Assembly (NCBI GenBank): GCA_963706575.1
Contig: CAVPNL010000001.1
Span: 416,001 to 480,000, forward strand
Length of the DNA stretch: 64,000 nucleotides
From: an uncultured delta proteobacterium
Lineage (GTDB): Bacteria; Desulfobacterota; Desulfobacteria; Desulfobacterales; JAHEIW01
Reading direction: 5' to 3'
How positions within the stretch are numbered: position 1 is the first letter of the stretch; each line of letters begins with the position of its first letter. A program made the position numbers and the translations under genes. The notes under the pieces were generated by a model. That model searched no databases, was not told the DNA's origin, and worked only from the letters and a program-made list of their open reading frames with translations. Positions 18,228-28,333 of this stretch are shown here, one piece after another.

Positions 18228-19355
18228 TTAGGGCTTACACCGCATCTCGAGGTAGGGCGGCGTTAATTCTTCACATCCGGTGTCGGTTACCAGTAATGTG
18301 CTGCAGCAGGTCACCAGGGCCGGTTCAACTTCGACAATTTGCAGGATAAAGGGGGTCCAGGGCTCAATCACCTGCTGGCCGCTCATGCCCATGTCCACCG
18401 GGCCGAAGGAAAGGCCCAGGTTGGCCCCGACTCGACGCCAGTAATCCTGCCCCTTTGCAGCGCGGTAAACGTTGTTGGCGGCCTTATACGTGTCTCCCGA
18501 AATCGCGCCCGGTTTGAGCGCCTCTTTGGCGGCCAGGTACATGTCGCGCACCAGTTTATGCGCATCGATGATTTCAGGATTTGGGTTTTCTCCAAGAAAA
18601 ACGGTTGCCTGAGCGCCTGCCAGGTATTGACATTCGGTGCCCCAGACTTCGACCGTGGCGATATCATTCACATTCAAACGGCGATTGACGGCGGTATCGT
18701 GCATGTAACCGCCTTTTGGGCCTGACCATATCCACATCTTGGGTACTTCAACATCGGACTGGCCGGCCCGATACATGGCATGTTGAATCTCAGCGATGAT
18801 TTCGTAGGGATAAAGACCGGCCCGTATCAATTCCAGCCCTTTTTGAAATCCGATATTGGTCATTTCAGCCGCCTTGCGGTAGTAGGCGACTTCCTGTTCA
18901 GACAGGGCGATGCGGATATTCTCGACCAGCCAGCTGGCATTTTTTAAATCTGCTTGGGGCAGGGCGTTTTTCATCTGATTGAACTGAAAAACCGTCATAA
19001 ATGCCTCTTCAACGCCGATGGTGCCCGTGGTAGCACCGCATTCTTCAACGAGTTCCGCCAGCATCGCATAGTGGTCTTCATGGTCCTTATAAAATCGGGG
19101 ATTTGGGGCCAGCTGGGTTTCAGCGGCCGAACATTCGATCACCCGGGTCATAAAACGCATTTCACCTTTCTGGGTGATGATCAGGGGCAAAAGGGGCAGG
19201 GTCCAGTTCATTGCTGCGGCCCGATATCCGGCCACCCAGTAAATATTTTGAGCCCGGGTGAGTATAATGGCATCCAGACCTTCCTGCAACATGCGCTTTT
19301 TAACCTTTTCAAGTCTTTGGCCGTATTCCTCATTCGAGAAAGGCAAAATACCCAT
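18228..19355 (-). CDS. Creatinase/M24-fold hydrolase lacking canonical metal ligands
   Basis: Creatinase-N start (FSNEEYGQRLEK...NIYWVAGY), pita-bread C domain (MHD, LLVTDTGCEELT). Confidence 0.8.
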   Translation of the reverse strand: MGILPFSNEEYGQRLEKVKKRMLQEGLDAIILTRAQNIYWVAGYRAAAMNWTLPLLPLIITQKGEMRFMTRVIECSAAETQLAPNPRFYKDHEDHYAMLAELVEECGATTGTIGVEEAFMTVFQFNQMKNALPQADLKNASWLVENIRIALSEQEVAYYRKAAEMTNIGFQKGLELIRAGLYPYEIIAEIQHAMYRAGQSDVEVPKMWIWSGPKGGYMHDTAVNRRLNVNDIATVEVWGTECQYLAGAQATVFLGENPNPEIIDAHKLVRDMYLAAKEALKPGAISGDTYKAANNVYRAAKGQDYWRRVGANLGLSFGPVDMGMSGQQVIEPWTPFILQIVEVEPALVTCCSTLLVTDTGCEELTPPYLEMRCKP

Positions 19356-19429
19356 CGATTAATCCCCCTGTAACGATCAGTTTGTGTACAAAAATTCTTG
19401 ATGTCAGTGGTAATTTTAATGCATAAATT

Positions 19430-19445
19430 AATTAATTATTGAATT
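19430..19445. promoter_or_regulatory. Candidate GntR operator (AATTAATTATTGAATT) upstream of the M24 operon
   Basis: Consensus copy; minus-strand TTGAC at about 19473-19477. Confidence 0.5.
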
Positions 19446-19629
19446 ATTTTTATGATAGATATCCGAAATTAAGTCAAGGAAAAAAAGAATCTCGGCATTA
19501 CGTTCCTGGAACCGGTTGAACATAAAGTTTTCAATTGTTTAACCTGAAACTAATTTTATACAATTTATTCAAATAATTAAATCTTTGTCCGAAATGTTTT
19601 ATATTTTTTCTGCATTTACATGTTTTTGC

Positions 19630-19665
19630 TTGACGGAGTTTTCATATTGAATTAAATATGGAATT
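19630..19665 (+). promoter_or_regulatory. Promoter plus operator (AATTAAATATGGAATT, 19650-19665) upstream of the CoA ligase/ABC operon
   Basis: TTGACG followed by the same layout as 8018-8053. Confidence 0.55.
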
Positions 19666-19814
19666 AATTTTATCAAATTTGTGTTTACTAAAGACAGGTT
19701 TAGATTGTCTCAAAAGAATTTGATTTTGTTTTCAGATCCCATAATGAATTTGATAAAAATGGCTCGTATGGGCACCATCTTTTAATTTAATTCATTCATA
19801 AGGGAGCATCGGCC

Positions 19815-21365
19815 ATGCATCTAAGGGAAGTTTTGCTAAGAGAAGCACGGCGCAACGCCAATGTGGATGCGTTTATCTATGGGAACCAGCGCATGAGTTT
19901 CTATCAACTCAAAGAAAGAGGGTGTCGTCTGGCAAATGCACTTTCTGCATTGGGAGTGAAGCCAGGAGATCGGGTCGGGATTCTTCTTTATAACTGCTTT
20001 GAATATCCTGAGGTGCTCTGGGCCAATTTTATGCTGGGATCGGTTGCCGTAACGCTTAACTTTCGTCTGGTATCGGACGAGATCTTATATGCGCAAGAAG
20101 TGGCAGATGTCAATGTTTTGATACTGGGGGAAGAGTTTATCGAGCAAATCGAGCCGATTAAAGATCGTCTGGGGATTGATCATTACATCTGTCTTGGCAA
20201 AGAAGCCCAGCCGGACATGTCGTTTTATTCGGATTTAATGGAAAACGCAAGGGCGGATATTCCTCCTTTTACCGGAAATGATCGAGACGCCGCTGTGGTT
20301 TTGTTTACTTCGGGAACCGCTGCCTTTCCAAAGGCGGTGGTGCTCACCCACCAAAACCTCATCACGGCTGGCCTGGTCTGGGCGGCGGATATGGATATTC
20401 GGTATGGTGACAATTGCCTGGTGGTCACACCGTTCTATCACATCGGGGCGGTAGGGTATCATCTGGCTCACGCCATTTCTGGATCCAGTACCACCTGTTT
20501 TCCACAGCCTTCCTGGGATCCGGAGCTTTTTCTAAAAATCGTTGAAAAGGAAAGATGCACCTATCTGTATATTACGCCGGGGATGTATCGACAGGTTTTT
20601 TCCGTACCGAAATTTAAAGAATATGATCTCAGCTCATGGCGTACCTGTATCACCGGTTCGGAACCGGTACCCAGAGCCACCATCGAAGAGATGGCCGAAT
20701 ACCTTCCCCAGGGCCGCATCTACAATGCGTACGGGCTGACAGAAGCGACCGGACCCGCTGTTTCGGTGGCCAAGCATGAAATGGCCATTGAAAAAGCGCC
20801 ATCTGTGGGGCGGCCGTTCGTGAATACGGACATTCGGGTGATGGGTGAAGACGGAGAAGAATGCCGGACGGGCGAAGTGGGCGAAATAGCGGTAAAAGGT
20901 GATCAGGTCATGCGTGAATATTTGAATGATCCGGATACCACCAACGCCACGCTGAAAGCGGGTTGGCTCTATACCGGAGATCTGGGACAGATGGACGGCG
21001 ATGGATATCTATATGTCGTGGACCGTAAGAAGGACATCATTATCAGCGGTGGCGAGAACATCTCTTCGGTGGAGGTTGAATCCACTCTTTACAAACACCC
21101 CAAAATTATGGAAGCCGCTGTCATCGGGATTCCGGATGCCAAATTTGGCGAAGGCGTCTGTGCCGTCGTTGTCCCCCGGGAAGGCCAGGAGATCGCCGAA
21201 CAAGAAGTTCTGATGTACTGCAAAGAACATCTTGCCAGTTACAAAAAACCGCGGAAGGTGATTTTCACTGACGCGCTCCCACGGAATCCCTCTGGTAAAG
21301 TATTGAAACGGGATTTAAGGAAGCGTTACGCCGGCAGCGAAAAGAAGGTCTTTGCGCGCAAGTAG
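19815..21365 (+). CDS. AMP-forming acyl/aryl-CoA ligase
   Basis: FTSGTAAFPK, YGLTE, TGDLG, DRKKDIIISGGENI, PRNPSGK. Confidence 0.93.
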   Translation: MHLREVLLREARRNANVDAFIYGNQRMSFYQLKERGCRLANALSALGVKPGDRVGILLYNCFEYPEVLWANFMLGSVAVTLNFRLVSDEILYAQEVADVNVLILGEEFIEQIEPIKDRLGIDHYICLGKEAQPDMSFYSDLMENARADIPPFTGNDRDAAVVLFTSGTAAFPKAVVLTHQNLITAGLVWAADMDIRYGDNCLVVTPFYHIGAVGYHLAHAISGSSTTCFPQPSWDPELFLKIVEKERCTYLYITPGMYRQVFSVPKFKEYDLSSWRTCITGSEPVPRATIEEMAEYLPQGRIYNAYGLTEATGPAVSVAKHEMAIEKAPSVGRPFVNTDIRVMGEDGEECRTGEVGEIAVKGDQVMREYLNDPDTTNATLKAGWLYTGDLGQMDGDGYLYVVDRKKDIIISGGENISSVEVESTLYKHPKIMEAAVIGIPDAKFGEGVCAVVVPREGQEIAEQEVLMYCKEHLASYKKPRKVIFTDALPRNPSGKVLKRDLRKRYAGSEKKVFARK

Positions 21366-21484
21366 CTGAGATAAAGAATTATCAAAATAGGCCAAGCGAA
21401 AAATAGTTCCGTTATAAATGGTCTCAAACATTTTGACTGTTTTAAGCGCCATTGTAAACCGATATTTAGTGAAAGAAAAATCTG

Positions 21485-22408
21485 TTGAAATCGCACTTTC
21501 TCATATTACCCATATTTGTGGCAGCGATTTTTCTCTTTCCGCTGGTATTTCCTGAATCCTATTGGATAACGGTTTTCATATATGTGGGCATCTATGGCCT
21601 GATTGTTGTTGGCTACGACCTTCTTTTGGGTTATTGCGGTCAGATTTCCCTGGGACATAACGCCCTGTTTGCGATCGGGGCATACGCCACCGCCATTACA
21701 ACCACCTGGTTTGGCTGGTCTCCAATATTCGGCATCATTGGTGGCATATTCATTACCTGCCTGATCGCCTATGTTGTTGGAATTCCCACTTTGAGGCTTC
21801 GTGGTTACTATTTGGCCATTGCCACGATGGGATTCGCCTTTATCGTTGAATCGCTGATCAGGACCCAGTACTTTGGCGGGTCTTCGGGCATTTCAGGAAT
21901 CCCTCATCTTTCCGTCTTAGGCTATACCTTCGATTCTGACCGCAGTTATTACTATCTTGTCTGGAGCATTGTTTTCCTGGCGGCTGTTGTTTGCTTGCGA
22001 ATTGGTGAAACGGCACTTGGCAGAAGCATGAAGGCCGTGCATACCGACGAAGAGGCTGCCGGATGCATGGGAATCAATGTTGCCAAAACCAAAATTCAGG
22101 TATTTGTATTTAGCGCCGCGCTGGCAGCTATCGCCGGCAGTTTATATGCCCATTATGGGACGGTTATTTCTCCCAATAGTTTCAATATTATGCTGTCGGT
22201 GAAACTGCTGCTGATGCTTTTCCTGGGAGGCGCCGGCAGCATATACGGGGGGCTTATCGGTGCCTTAATTTTGTTTGCACTGCCTGAATTTCTGGAACAT
22301 ATGGAGAGACTTGAACTGGCAATTGAAGGCCTTGTGTTCATGCTCATTCTTATTTTTCTGCCTAAAGGTTTAGTTGGGGGATTAAACCGATTATTGAATT
22401 TAAGATAG
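21485..22408 (+). CDS. Liv-type ABC transporter permease (LivM-like)
   Basis: GQISLGH, LRLRGYYLAIAT, LGGAGS; TTG start. Confidence 0.9.
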   Translation: MKSHFLILPIFVAAIFLFPLVFPESYWITVFIYVGIYGLIVVGYDLLLGYCGQISLGHNALFAIGAYATAITTTWFGWSPIFGIIGGIFITCLIAYVVGIPTLRLRGYYLAIATMGFAFIVESLIRTQYFGGSSGISGIPHLSVLGYTFDSDRSYYYLVWSIVFLAAVVCLRIGETALGRSMKAVHTDEEAAGCMGINVAKTKIQVFVFSAALAAIAGSLYAHYGTVISPNSFNIMLSVKLLLMLFLGGAGSIYGGLIGALILFALPEFLEHMERLELAIEGLVFMLILIFLPKGLVGGLNRLLNLR

Positions 22409-22470
22409 ATAATAATCCGATATAATAAAAAAAATATAGCTCGGACTAAAGACGGTCACCGTAACAGGAT

Positions 22471-23265
22471 ATGGCAAACACGCACCGGCAAATTTTAAAA
22501 GGTCGATCAATCTCGAAAAATTTTGGAGGCCTACAAGCCCTGCTGAACGTCGATTTTGAGGTCGAAAACGGAATGATCTTTGCCATTATCGGGCCCAACG
22601 GTGCGGGTAAAACAACTCTGTTCAATCTTATATCCGGCTTTGACAGAGATTATTCGGGCGAATTCATTTTTAAAGATGTGTCCCTGGGTCAATTTCCGCC
22701 ACACGATATCACCTTGCGAGGAATTGCCAGGACGTTTCAAAATGTCAGGCTTTTTAAAAATCTTTCAGTACTCGAAAATGTTGCAGTGGGATGTCATGGA
22801 TGGGCGGCTCCAATTTATTCTCGCGCCATATTCGGTTTTAAGTCTAACCGGCAGGAGGAACATACCATTAAAGCGTATGCCCTGGAGATGCTGGACTTTG
22901 TAGGATTGGCGGATAAAAGAAACACGGAAGTCGAATCCCTTTCTTTAGGTGAGCAAAAGCTATTGGAAATCGCACGTGCACTGGCGGCCAAGCCCAAACT
23001 GTTGCTGTTAGATGAACCCGGAGCCGGGCTGAACGATCGGGAGATGGACAACTTAGAGGAGATTATTTTTAAAAATAAAGAAAACGGAATTACCCAGATT
23101 ATTGTTGAACACAATATGAAATTCATCATGAGCATTTCAGATGAAATTATGGTGCTTAATTTCGGAAACAAAATCGCTTATGGTCCCCCTAAACTAATTG
23201 TCAGCGATGAAAGCGTAATTGAAGTATATCTGGGCAAGGAAGAGAATCTTGTTAGAACTGAATAA
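22471..23265 (+). CDS. Liv-type ABC ATP-binding protein (LivG-like)
   Basis: GPNGAGKTT, ARTFQ, LLDEPGAG, VEH. Confidence 0.93.
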   Translation: MANTHRQILKGRSISKNFGGLQALLNVDFEVENGMIFAIIGPNGAGKTTLFNLISGFDRDYSGEFIFKDVSLGQFPPHDITLRGIARTFQNVRLFKNLSVLENVAVGCHGWAAPIYSRAIFGFKSNRQEEHTIKAYALEMLDFVGLADKRNTEVESLSLGEQKLLEIARALAAKPKLLLLDEPGAGLNDREMDNLEEIIFKNKENGITQIIVEHNMKFIMSISDEIMVLNFGNKIAYGPPKLIVSDESVIEVYLGKEENLVRTE

Positions 23266-23962
23266 TGTCACATCCGGTTACGGAAAATTTCAAGTCCTAA
23301 AAGAGGTCTCCATAAAAGTGAATGCAGGCGAAATCGTTTGCGTGGTTGGCGCCAATGGTGCCGGTAAAACGACCATGATGCGGGCGCTTTCAGGTATTAT
23401 TCCCATCTGGCAGGGTGGTAAATCCTTTAACCGTAAAGATGTGACCCGGCTCAGTGCAGCAAAATTAACCAAAGCGGGCATCATACAGATACCGGAAGGT
23501 CGATTGATCATCAAGGAACTCTCGGTTGAAGACAATCTTCGTTTAGGCGCATACTCCCACTATTTTAAGCTGGGCAAAGCCGAATACCGAAAAGATCTGG
23601 ATTCTGTCTATGAACTGTTTCCCATACTGTACAAAAGAACGCGTCAAAAAGCCGGTACACTGTCAGGCGGAGAACAACAGATGCTGGCCATTGGGCGGGG
23701 TCTGATGGGCAGACCCAAAATGCTCTTACTTGATGAACCCTCTCTGGGGCTCGCGCCGCTGGTGGTTTCCACCATTTTTAAGGTTATCAAAGAACTTAAT
23801 CAGAACGGATTGCCGATTCTTCTCGTTGAGCAAAACGTGAGGGCTGCCATGCAAATTTCAAATCGGGGGTATGTCCTGGAAACCGGGTCGGTTGTCTTAG
23901 AAGGAAGATGTGAAGATCTTCTAAACGATGAAAAGATCGTGCGGGCCTACATGGGTGCGTAA
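23249..23962 (+). CDS. Liv-type ABC ATP-binding protein (LivF-like)
   Basis: GANGAGKTT, PEGR, LSGGEQQM, LDEPSLGLAP; TTG start at 23249 behind AAGGA. Confidence 0.93.
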   Translation: MLELNNVTSGYGKFQVLKEVSIKVNAGEIVCVVGANGAGKTTMMRALSGIIPIWQGGKSFNRKDVTRLSAAKLTKAGIIQIPEGRLIIKELSVEDNLRLGAYSHYFKLGKAEYRKDLDSVYELFPILYKRTRQKAGTLSGGEQQMLAIGRGLMGRPKMLLLDEPSLGLAPLVVSTIFKVIKELNQNGLPILLVEQNVRAAMQISNRGYVLETGSVVLEGRCEDLLNDEKIVRAYMGA

Positions 23963-24074
23963 TCTCTAACAACAGGAGGTAATAGGGTCAAAAAGGTGCA
24001 AGGGATGGAATGTGAGTGACCAATCAAAATGTTACCACTTATTAAAAACGCATTAAAAATGAAAGGAGGATACC

Positions 24075-25256
24075 GTGAAAAGATCAACATTATTTGTGAT
24101 AGCCATCGCTATCGTCGCCATTTTTGTCTGTTCGCAAACCGTGTTTGCAGCTGATACAATTAAAATTGGTGCTGCTTATGGGATGACCGGCCGAATTGGC
24201 TGGATCGGAGAGGATTGTGTCAATGGCGCAAATTTAGTTGTCGATGAAATCAACGCCAAGGGTGGGATTAATGGAAAGAAAATTGAATTGGTTGTCTACG
24301 ATACCAAAAATAATGCCGACACAGCCAGAACGATTTTTGAAAAATTGGTCAAAAAGGATAAGGTCGTGGCAATCATAGGGCCCGTCGTCACCCAGGCAAC
24401 TCAAACCGTCATGCCCATTGCTGAGAAATACAAAATCCCTTACGCAGCGGTTTCAGGTGGCATCGAGATCAATGCCAAAATCCTGCCCGATTATAATAAT
24501 CAGGGAAAAAAAAGTTATACCTGGGCCATGAGTATCGGTACTCCCAGACAGAATGAAGTCAAAACCATCTGGCTTCAGAAAAAGGGCTTTAAAAAACTGG
24601 GCAATATCGAGCCGTTGTCCCAGATGGGAGAGCTTTCAACAGCCACTTATGACCAGTGGGCCCAACAGTACGGCATGGAGGTTGTCGCAAAAGAAAAATT
24701 TGACAACAAAGGCACCGATTTCACAACCCAGATGTCAAAGCTCAAAGCGGCCGGTGCGGATTCCATCGGAACGATGGCATCCGGCGGCCCGGCGGTGACT
24801 CTTGTTAAAAACAGGGATCAGGTTGGCATGCAAGGCGCACCGATGATGGTTTCCGATGCCAATCTCTCCAAAAAGTTTATCGGCCTGCTGGGAGAAAACA
24901 CTGCCAACGTATACACTGTTGGCGCTAAGATCAGCTTTCCCCAGCACCTGGATGCAAGTGATCCGCAGAAACAAATCATTGCGGATTTTCAGAAGAAATT
25001 TGAAGCCAAATTCGGAAAAGGTCCCAAGAGCTGGTTTTTTGCCTCGGTGGGCTATGATAGCGCTCTGATGTTTGTAAAAGCGATTGAACAGGCCGGAACC
25101 GATGGCGAGAAAATTCGGGATTGGGTAGAAGGTCAGTCGAAATTTCAGGGGGTTCAGGCAGTATATTCCTGGAGTGCCTTGGATCACCGCGGAATCGGAG
25201 TGGATCAATGTTCGGTTCTGGGAATTAAAGACGGCGATTGGGTGCCGGCTCAATAA
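24075..25256 (+). CDS. Liv-type ABC substrate-binding protein
   Basis: Signal peptide (VFA/ADT), IKIG, EINAKGGINGKKIELV, DFTTQMSK. Confidence 0.9.
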   Translation: MKRSTLFVIAIAIVAIFVCSQTVFAADTIKIGAAYGMTGRIGWIGEDCVNGANLVVDEINAKGGINGKKIELVVYDTKNNADTARTIFEKLVKKDKVVAIIGPVVTQATQTVMPIAEKYKIPYAAVSGGIEINAKILPDYNNQGKKSYTWAMSIGTPRQNEVKTIWLQKKGFKKLGNIEPLSQMGELSTATYDQWAQQYGMEVVAKEKFDNKGTDFTTQMSKLKAAGADSIGTMASGGPAVTLVKNRDQVGMQGAPMMVSDANLSKKFIGLLGENTANVYTVGAKISFPQHLDASDPQKQIIADFQKKFEAKFGKGPKSWFFASVGYDSALMFVKAIEQAGTDGEKIRDWVEGQSKFQGVQAVYSWSALDHRGIGVDQCSVLGIKDGDWVPAQ

Positions 25257-25266
25257 TATTTGTCTG

Positions 25267-25304
25267 ACGGGAAAGGCTCGCAAGAACCGATGAGCCTTTC
25301 CCGT
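25267..25304 (+). terminator. Hairpin after the substrate-binding gene (terminator or mRNA stabiliser)
   Basis: ACGGGAAAGGCTC...GAGCCTTTCCCGT 13-bp stem followed by TTT. Confidence 0.65.
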
Positions 25305-25343
25305 TTTAATGATTTTCAAGGGATGTAATCTAGGAGTAAGGCA

Positions 25344-26216
25344 TTGGACACGTTTTCACTCTATGTTCAATTTATCATTTCGGGCCTAACCATGGGAGCC
25401 ATCTATGCCATGGTGGGTATCGGCTTTTCCTTCATCTACCGGGTCACCACGGTATTGAATTTTGCTCAAGGTGAATTTCTTATGTTGGGTGGTATGGTGG
25501 CCATCACGATGACGTCTGTTATGGGGTCATCTCTTATATTCGCCCTGATCCTTGCTATTCTGGCGGTAACGCTAACCGGCATGCTGTTTCATCTGGGAGC
25601 CATTCGGGTGCTCGGAAAGGCCGAACCGGTTAGAATGATTCTGATCACTATCGCGGGGTCCATGTTTTTACAGGGTGTCGCTTATCTAATCTGGGGAACG
25701 GATGATTACAAACTGCCGGCACTCGTTAAAACCGGAACCATCAATATTTTCGGGGCGGCTGTCAACTCTCAGGTAATTCCGGTATTCATAGCTGCATTTT
25801 TAATCTCCTTTATTTTAAAAATCTTTTTCGACAAGACTATCTGGGGTAAAGCCAGCACCTCCTGTGCTGAAAGTCACGAAGCGTCCATGTTACTGGGCAT
25901 AAATGTTGATCGCATGGGAATGCTGAGTTTTGCCATGTCCGCCGGAATCGGGGCAATCGGTGGTATTTTGATTGCGCCGATTTCCTTGATGCAATACCAA
26001 AAAGGTGTCCCCCTGGCGATTAAAGGCATTGCCGGTGCGGTCATTGGGGGTCTCGGTAACATCTGGGGTGCATTGATAGGCGGCTTGATACTGGGGCTGG
26101 CTGAGGCGCTGAGCGCCGGTTTCATTGCATCTTACATGACCGACGTGGTTGTATTTGTGATTCTGATCCTGGTCCTGTTTATCAGACCGGAGGGCCTGTT
26201 AAAATCCAAATTATAA
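25344..26216 (+). CDS. Liv-type ABC transporter permease (LivH-like)
   Basis: GLTMGAIYAM, NFAQGE, IGGLGN, RPEGL. Confidence 0.92.
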   Translation: MDTFSLYVQFIISGLTMGAIYAMVGIGFSFIYRVTTVLNFAQGEFLMLGGMVAITMTSVMGSSLIFALILAILAVTLTGMLFHLGAIRVLGKAEPVRMILITIAGSMFLQGVAYLIWGTDDYKLPALVKTGTINIFGAAVNSQVIPVFIAAFLISFILKIFFDKTIWGKASTSCAESHEASMLLGINVDRMGMLSFAMSAGIGAIGGILIAPISLMQYQKGVPLAIKGIAGAVIGGLGNIWGALIGGLILGLAEALSAGFIASYMTDVVVFVILILVLFIRPEGLLKSKL

Positions 26217-26250
26217 ATACGAGGCTGTCCAATATCGGAAACCTCTTTGT

Positions 26251-26946
26251 CTAGTAAAATAATGTAACCAGCTGCTTGAACATAGAGTAAATCAATGGAA
26301 TAAATATTGCCGGCAGACAATTCCCGACTTTTATCTTTACCACTTCAAGCATATTGAAGCCCATGGCCACAATCAGTAATCCACCGACGGCCGACATCTG
26401 GGTGATGACTTCCGGTGTTAAAAATTGCTTCATAAATGAAGCGCTGACCGTGATTAATCCCTGATACAGAAATACGGATGCGGCCGAAAATAGAACACCA
26501 ATTCCCATCGATGCCGCAAATATGATGGAACCGAGCCCATCCAGTACCGATTTGGCGAACAGGGTGTCATGATTGCCGGTCAGGCCGCTCTCCAAAGCCC
26601 CAACAATTGCCATTGACCCCACACAGTAAAGCAAACTGGTGGTGACAAAACCCTTTGATATGCTGCTACCGGTTTTTGCGAATTTTTCCTCCAGCCAGTT
26701 TCCCAAATTGTTGACTCGATCCTCGATTCTGATAAGTTCTCCAATGATCGTTCCGAAGGACAGGCTGCAAATAAGGATGATAAACGCATCCGTCTTCCAG
26801 GCCATCTTGAGGCCGATCAAGATGACGGCAAACGCCACGGCATGAATCAAAGAATCCGTCATCTTTGTTGGAATAAATCGACTGAAAATGAGGCCGATAA
26901 GACTGCCGCCAATTATGGCCATCGTATTGACAAACGTTCCTAACAT
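26251..26946 (-). CDS. DUF554-family membrane protein
   Basis: MLGTFVN...GSLIG, LYCVGSMAIVG, KSVLDG. Confidence 0.88.
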   Translation of the reverse strand: MLGTFVNTMAIIGGSLIGLIFSRFIPTKMTDSLIHAVAFAVILIGLKMAWKTDAFIILICSLSFGTIIGELIRIEDRVNNLGNWLEEKFAKTGSSISKGFVTTSLLYCVGSMAIVGALESGLTGNHDTLFAKSVLDGLGSIIFAASMGIGVLFSAASVFLYQGLITVSASFMKQFLTPEVITQMSAVGGLLIVAMGFNMLEVVKIKVGNCLPAIFIPLIYSMFKQLVTLFY

Positions 26947-26980
26947 CTTAATCTCCGGTCCTGTTGAATACCCAGTGAAT

Positions 26981-28333
26981 TTATCTATTTTTCTCCGATA
27001 TTGTGATAATTTGATTGGCAGCCTTTATTCCAGAGTTAAAGCTGGCTTCTAAGCTTGAGATGGGAAAGCTCTCGCCGGCAAAATAAATATTTTGCCACCC
27101 GATTTCAAGAAAACCGCGAACAGTCTCTCTTTTGGCCAGTTGCCCCGGTGGAAGTTGCAGTGCGCCATGTTCCCATCGATAGATCTTTTGAAAAATCACT
27201 TTATTTGAAAACTTTGGGAAAATCGCATCCAGTTCATTTAAAACCAGTTTGGCTATCTTCTGATCTGTTTCGTGTAACAACCTGCGACTGGCTCTTTCTT
27301 GAAGTATGCAAGTTGCAAGCGTTTTTCCGGGGGGTACGCGCCCGGGTCCTTTATGCTGATCGAAAACCACATTACCCAGGATATCAAATTCAGATCGTAA
27401 CAGATTATTGATCATGGCGACATCCTCAACTTTATAGTCTGTCGCCGTTGCCACCACTATGGATGGTGTGTAAATAACGCTGCGAAAATATTCATTCAGC
27501 TTTTGCGGCAAGCTCTCTATGAGTCGGGGCACAATGGGTAGGGGAATGGCCAGGACAATTACGTCAAAGGTAAGTAAGCGCGAATCAATTCCTCCGACCT
27601 CGATTTCATAGGGTCCGTTTTCACCAAGTTTGGTGATTTTGCGTACTGGTGAATTCAGCCGAATATCCAAATCTAATTTCATGCGATCCGCTAAAGTCCC
27701 CATTCCGTTATCAAAGGCAAATATTTTGAATTTTGACAGGTTTCTTAACAAGGCCAGAAGGGAAACCTTTGAATTGCTTTCAGGGGAGCCTAATAAAATT
27801 TCACCTAAGATGGGGTAGGCGATGCGCTCCAGAATCTGTTCGTCATAATGTTTGCATAAAAAATCTGTAACCGATTCATTTTCCAGTTCAAACGTTTTTT
27901 GAGTCGGCCGGTCCAAATTTGACGCTCTACCGAGTGAACGGGCATAAAGGAACAGTTTGACCATGTCTTTTTTGTTTTTTATGGAAAGCAGTTTGTAGGT
28001 TAGAAAATCTGAGGGGGAACCGATCTTTATGGGATATCGCTTGCCATTATAATATGTTGCAGCGGTACCTGAAGTCGGAACCAGGGATTTACGCAATCCG
28101 ACCTGGCTCAAAAATCCTTTTAGATTTCTGTAAAATTCAGGAATTGTATAGGCCGCCTTGTCGATAATAAAGCCATCTACGGCTTCTGAGCTCATTCGTC
28201 CACCGACAAAAGATCTACTTTCAAAAAGAACCGGTTTAAAACCAGCTTGTGCCAAATGGTAGCCTGCAGCAAGGCCGGAAATACCGCTGCCCACAATGGC
28301 GACCTGTGGTAATATTTTATCCCTTTGAATCAT
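26981..28333 (-). CDS. FAD-dependent oxidoreductase (protoporphyrinogen oxidase/amine oxidase superfamily)
   Basis: VGSGISGL, VGGRM, FAGES...GIKAA. Confidence 0.8.
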   Translation of the reverse strand: MIQRDKILPQVAIVGSGISGLAAGYHLAQAGFKPVLFESRSFVGGRMSSEAVDGFIIDKAAYTIPEFYRNLKGFLSQVGLRKSLVPTSGTAATYYNGKRYPIKIGSPSDFLTYKLLSIKNKKDMVKLFLYARSLGRASNLDRPTQKTFELENESVTDFLCKHYDEQILERIAYPILGEILLGSPESNSKVSLLALLRNLSKFKIFAFDNGMGTLADRMKLDLDIRLNSPVRKITKLGENGPYEIEVGGIDSRLLTFDVIVLAIPLPIVPRLIESLPQKLNEYFRSVIYTPSIVVATATDYKVEDVAMINNLLRSEFDILGNVVFDQHKGPGRVPPGKTLATCILQERASRRLLHETDQKIAKLVLNELDAIFPKFSNKVIFQKIYRWEHGALQLPPGQLAKRETVRGFLEIGWQNIYFAGESFPISSLEASFNSGIKAANQIITISEKNR

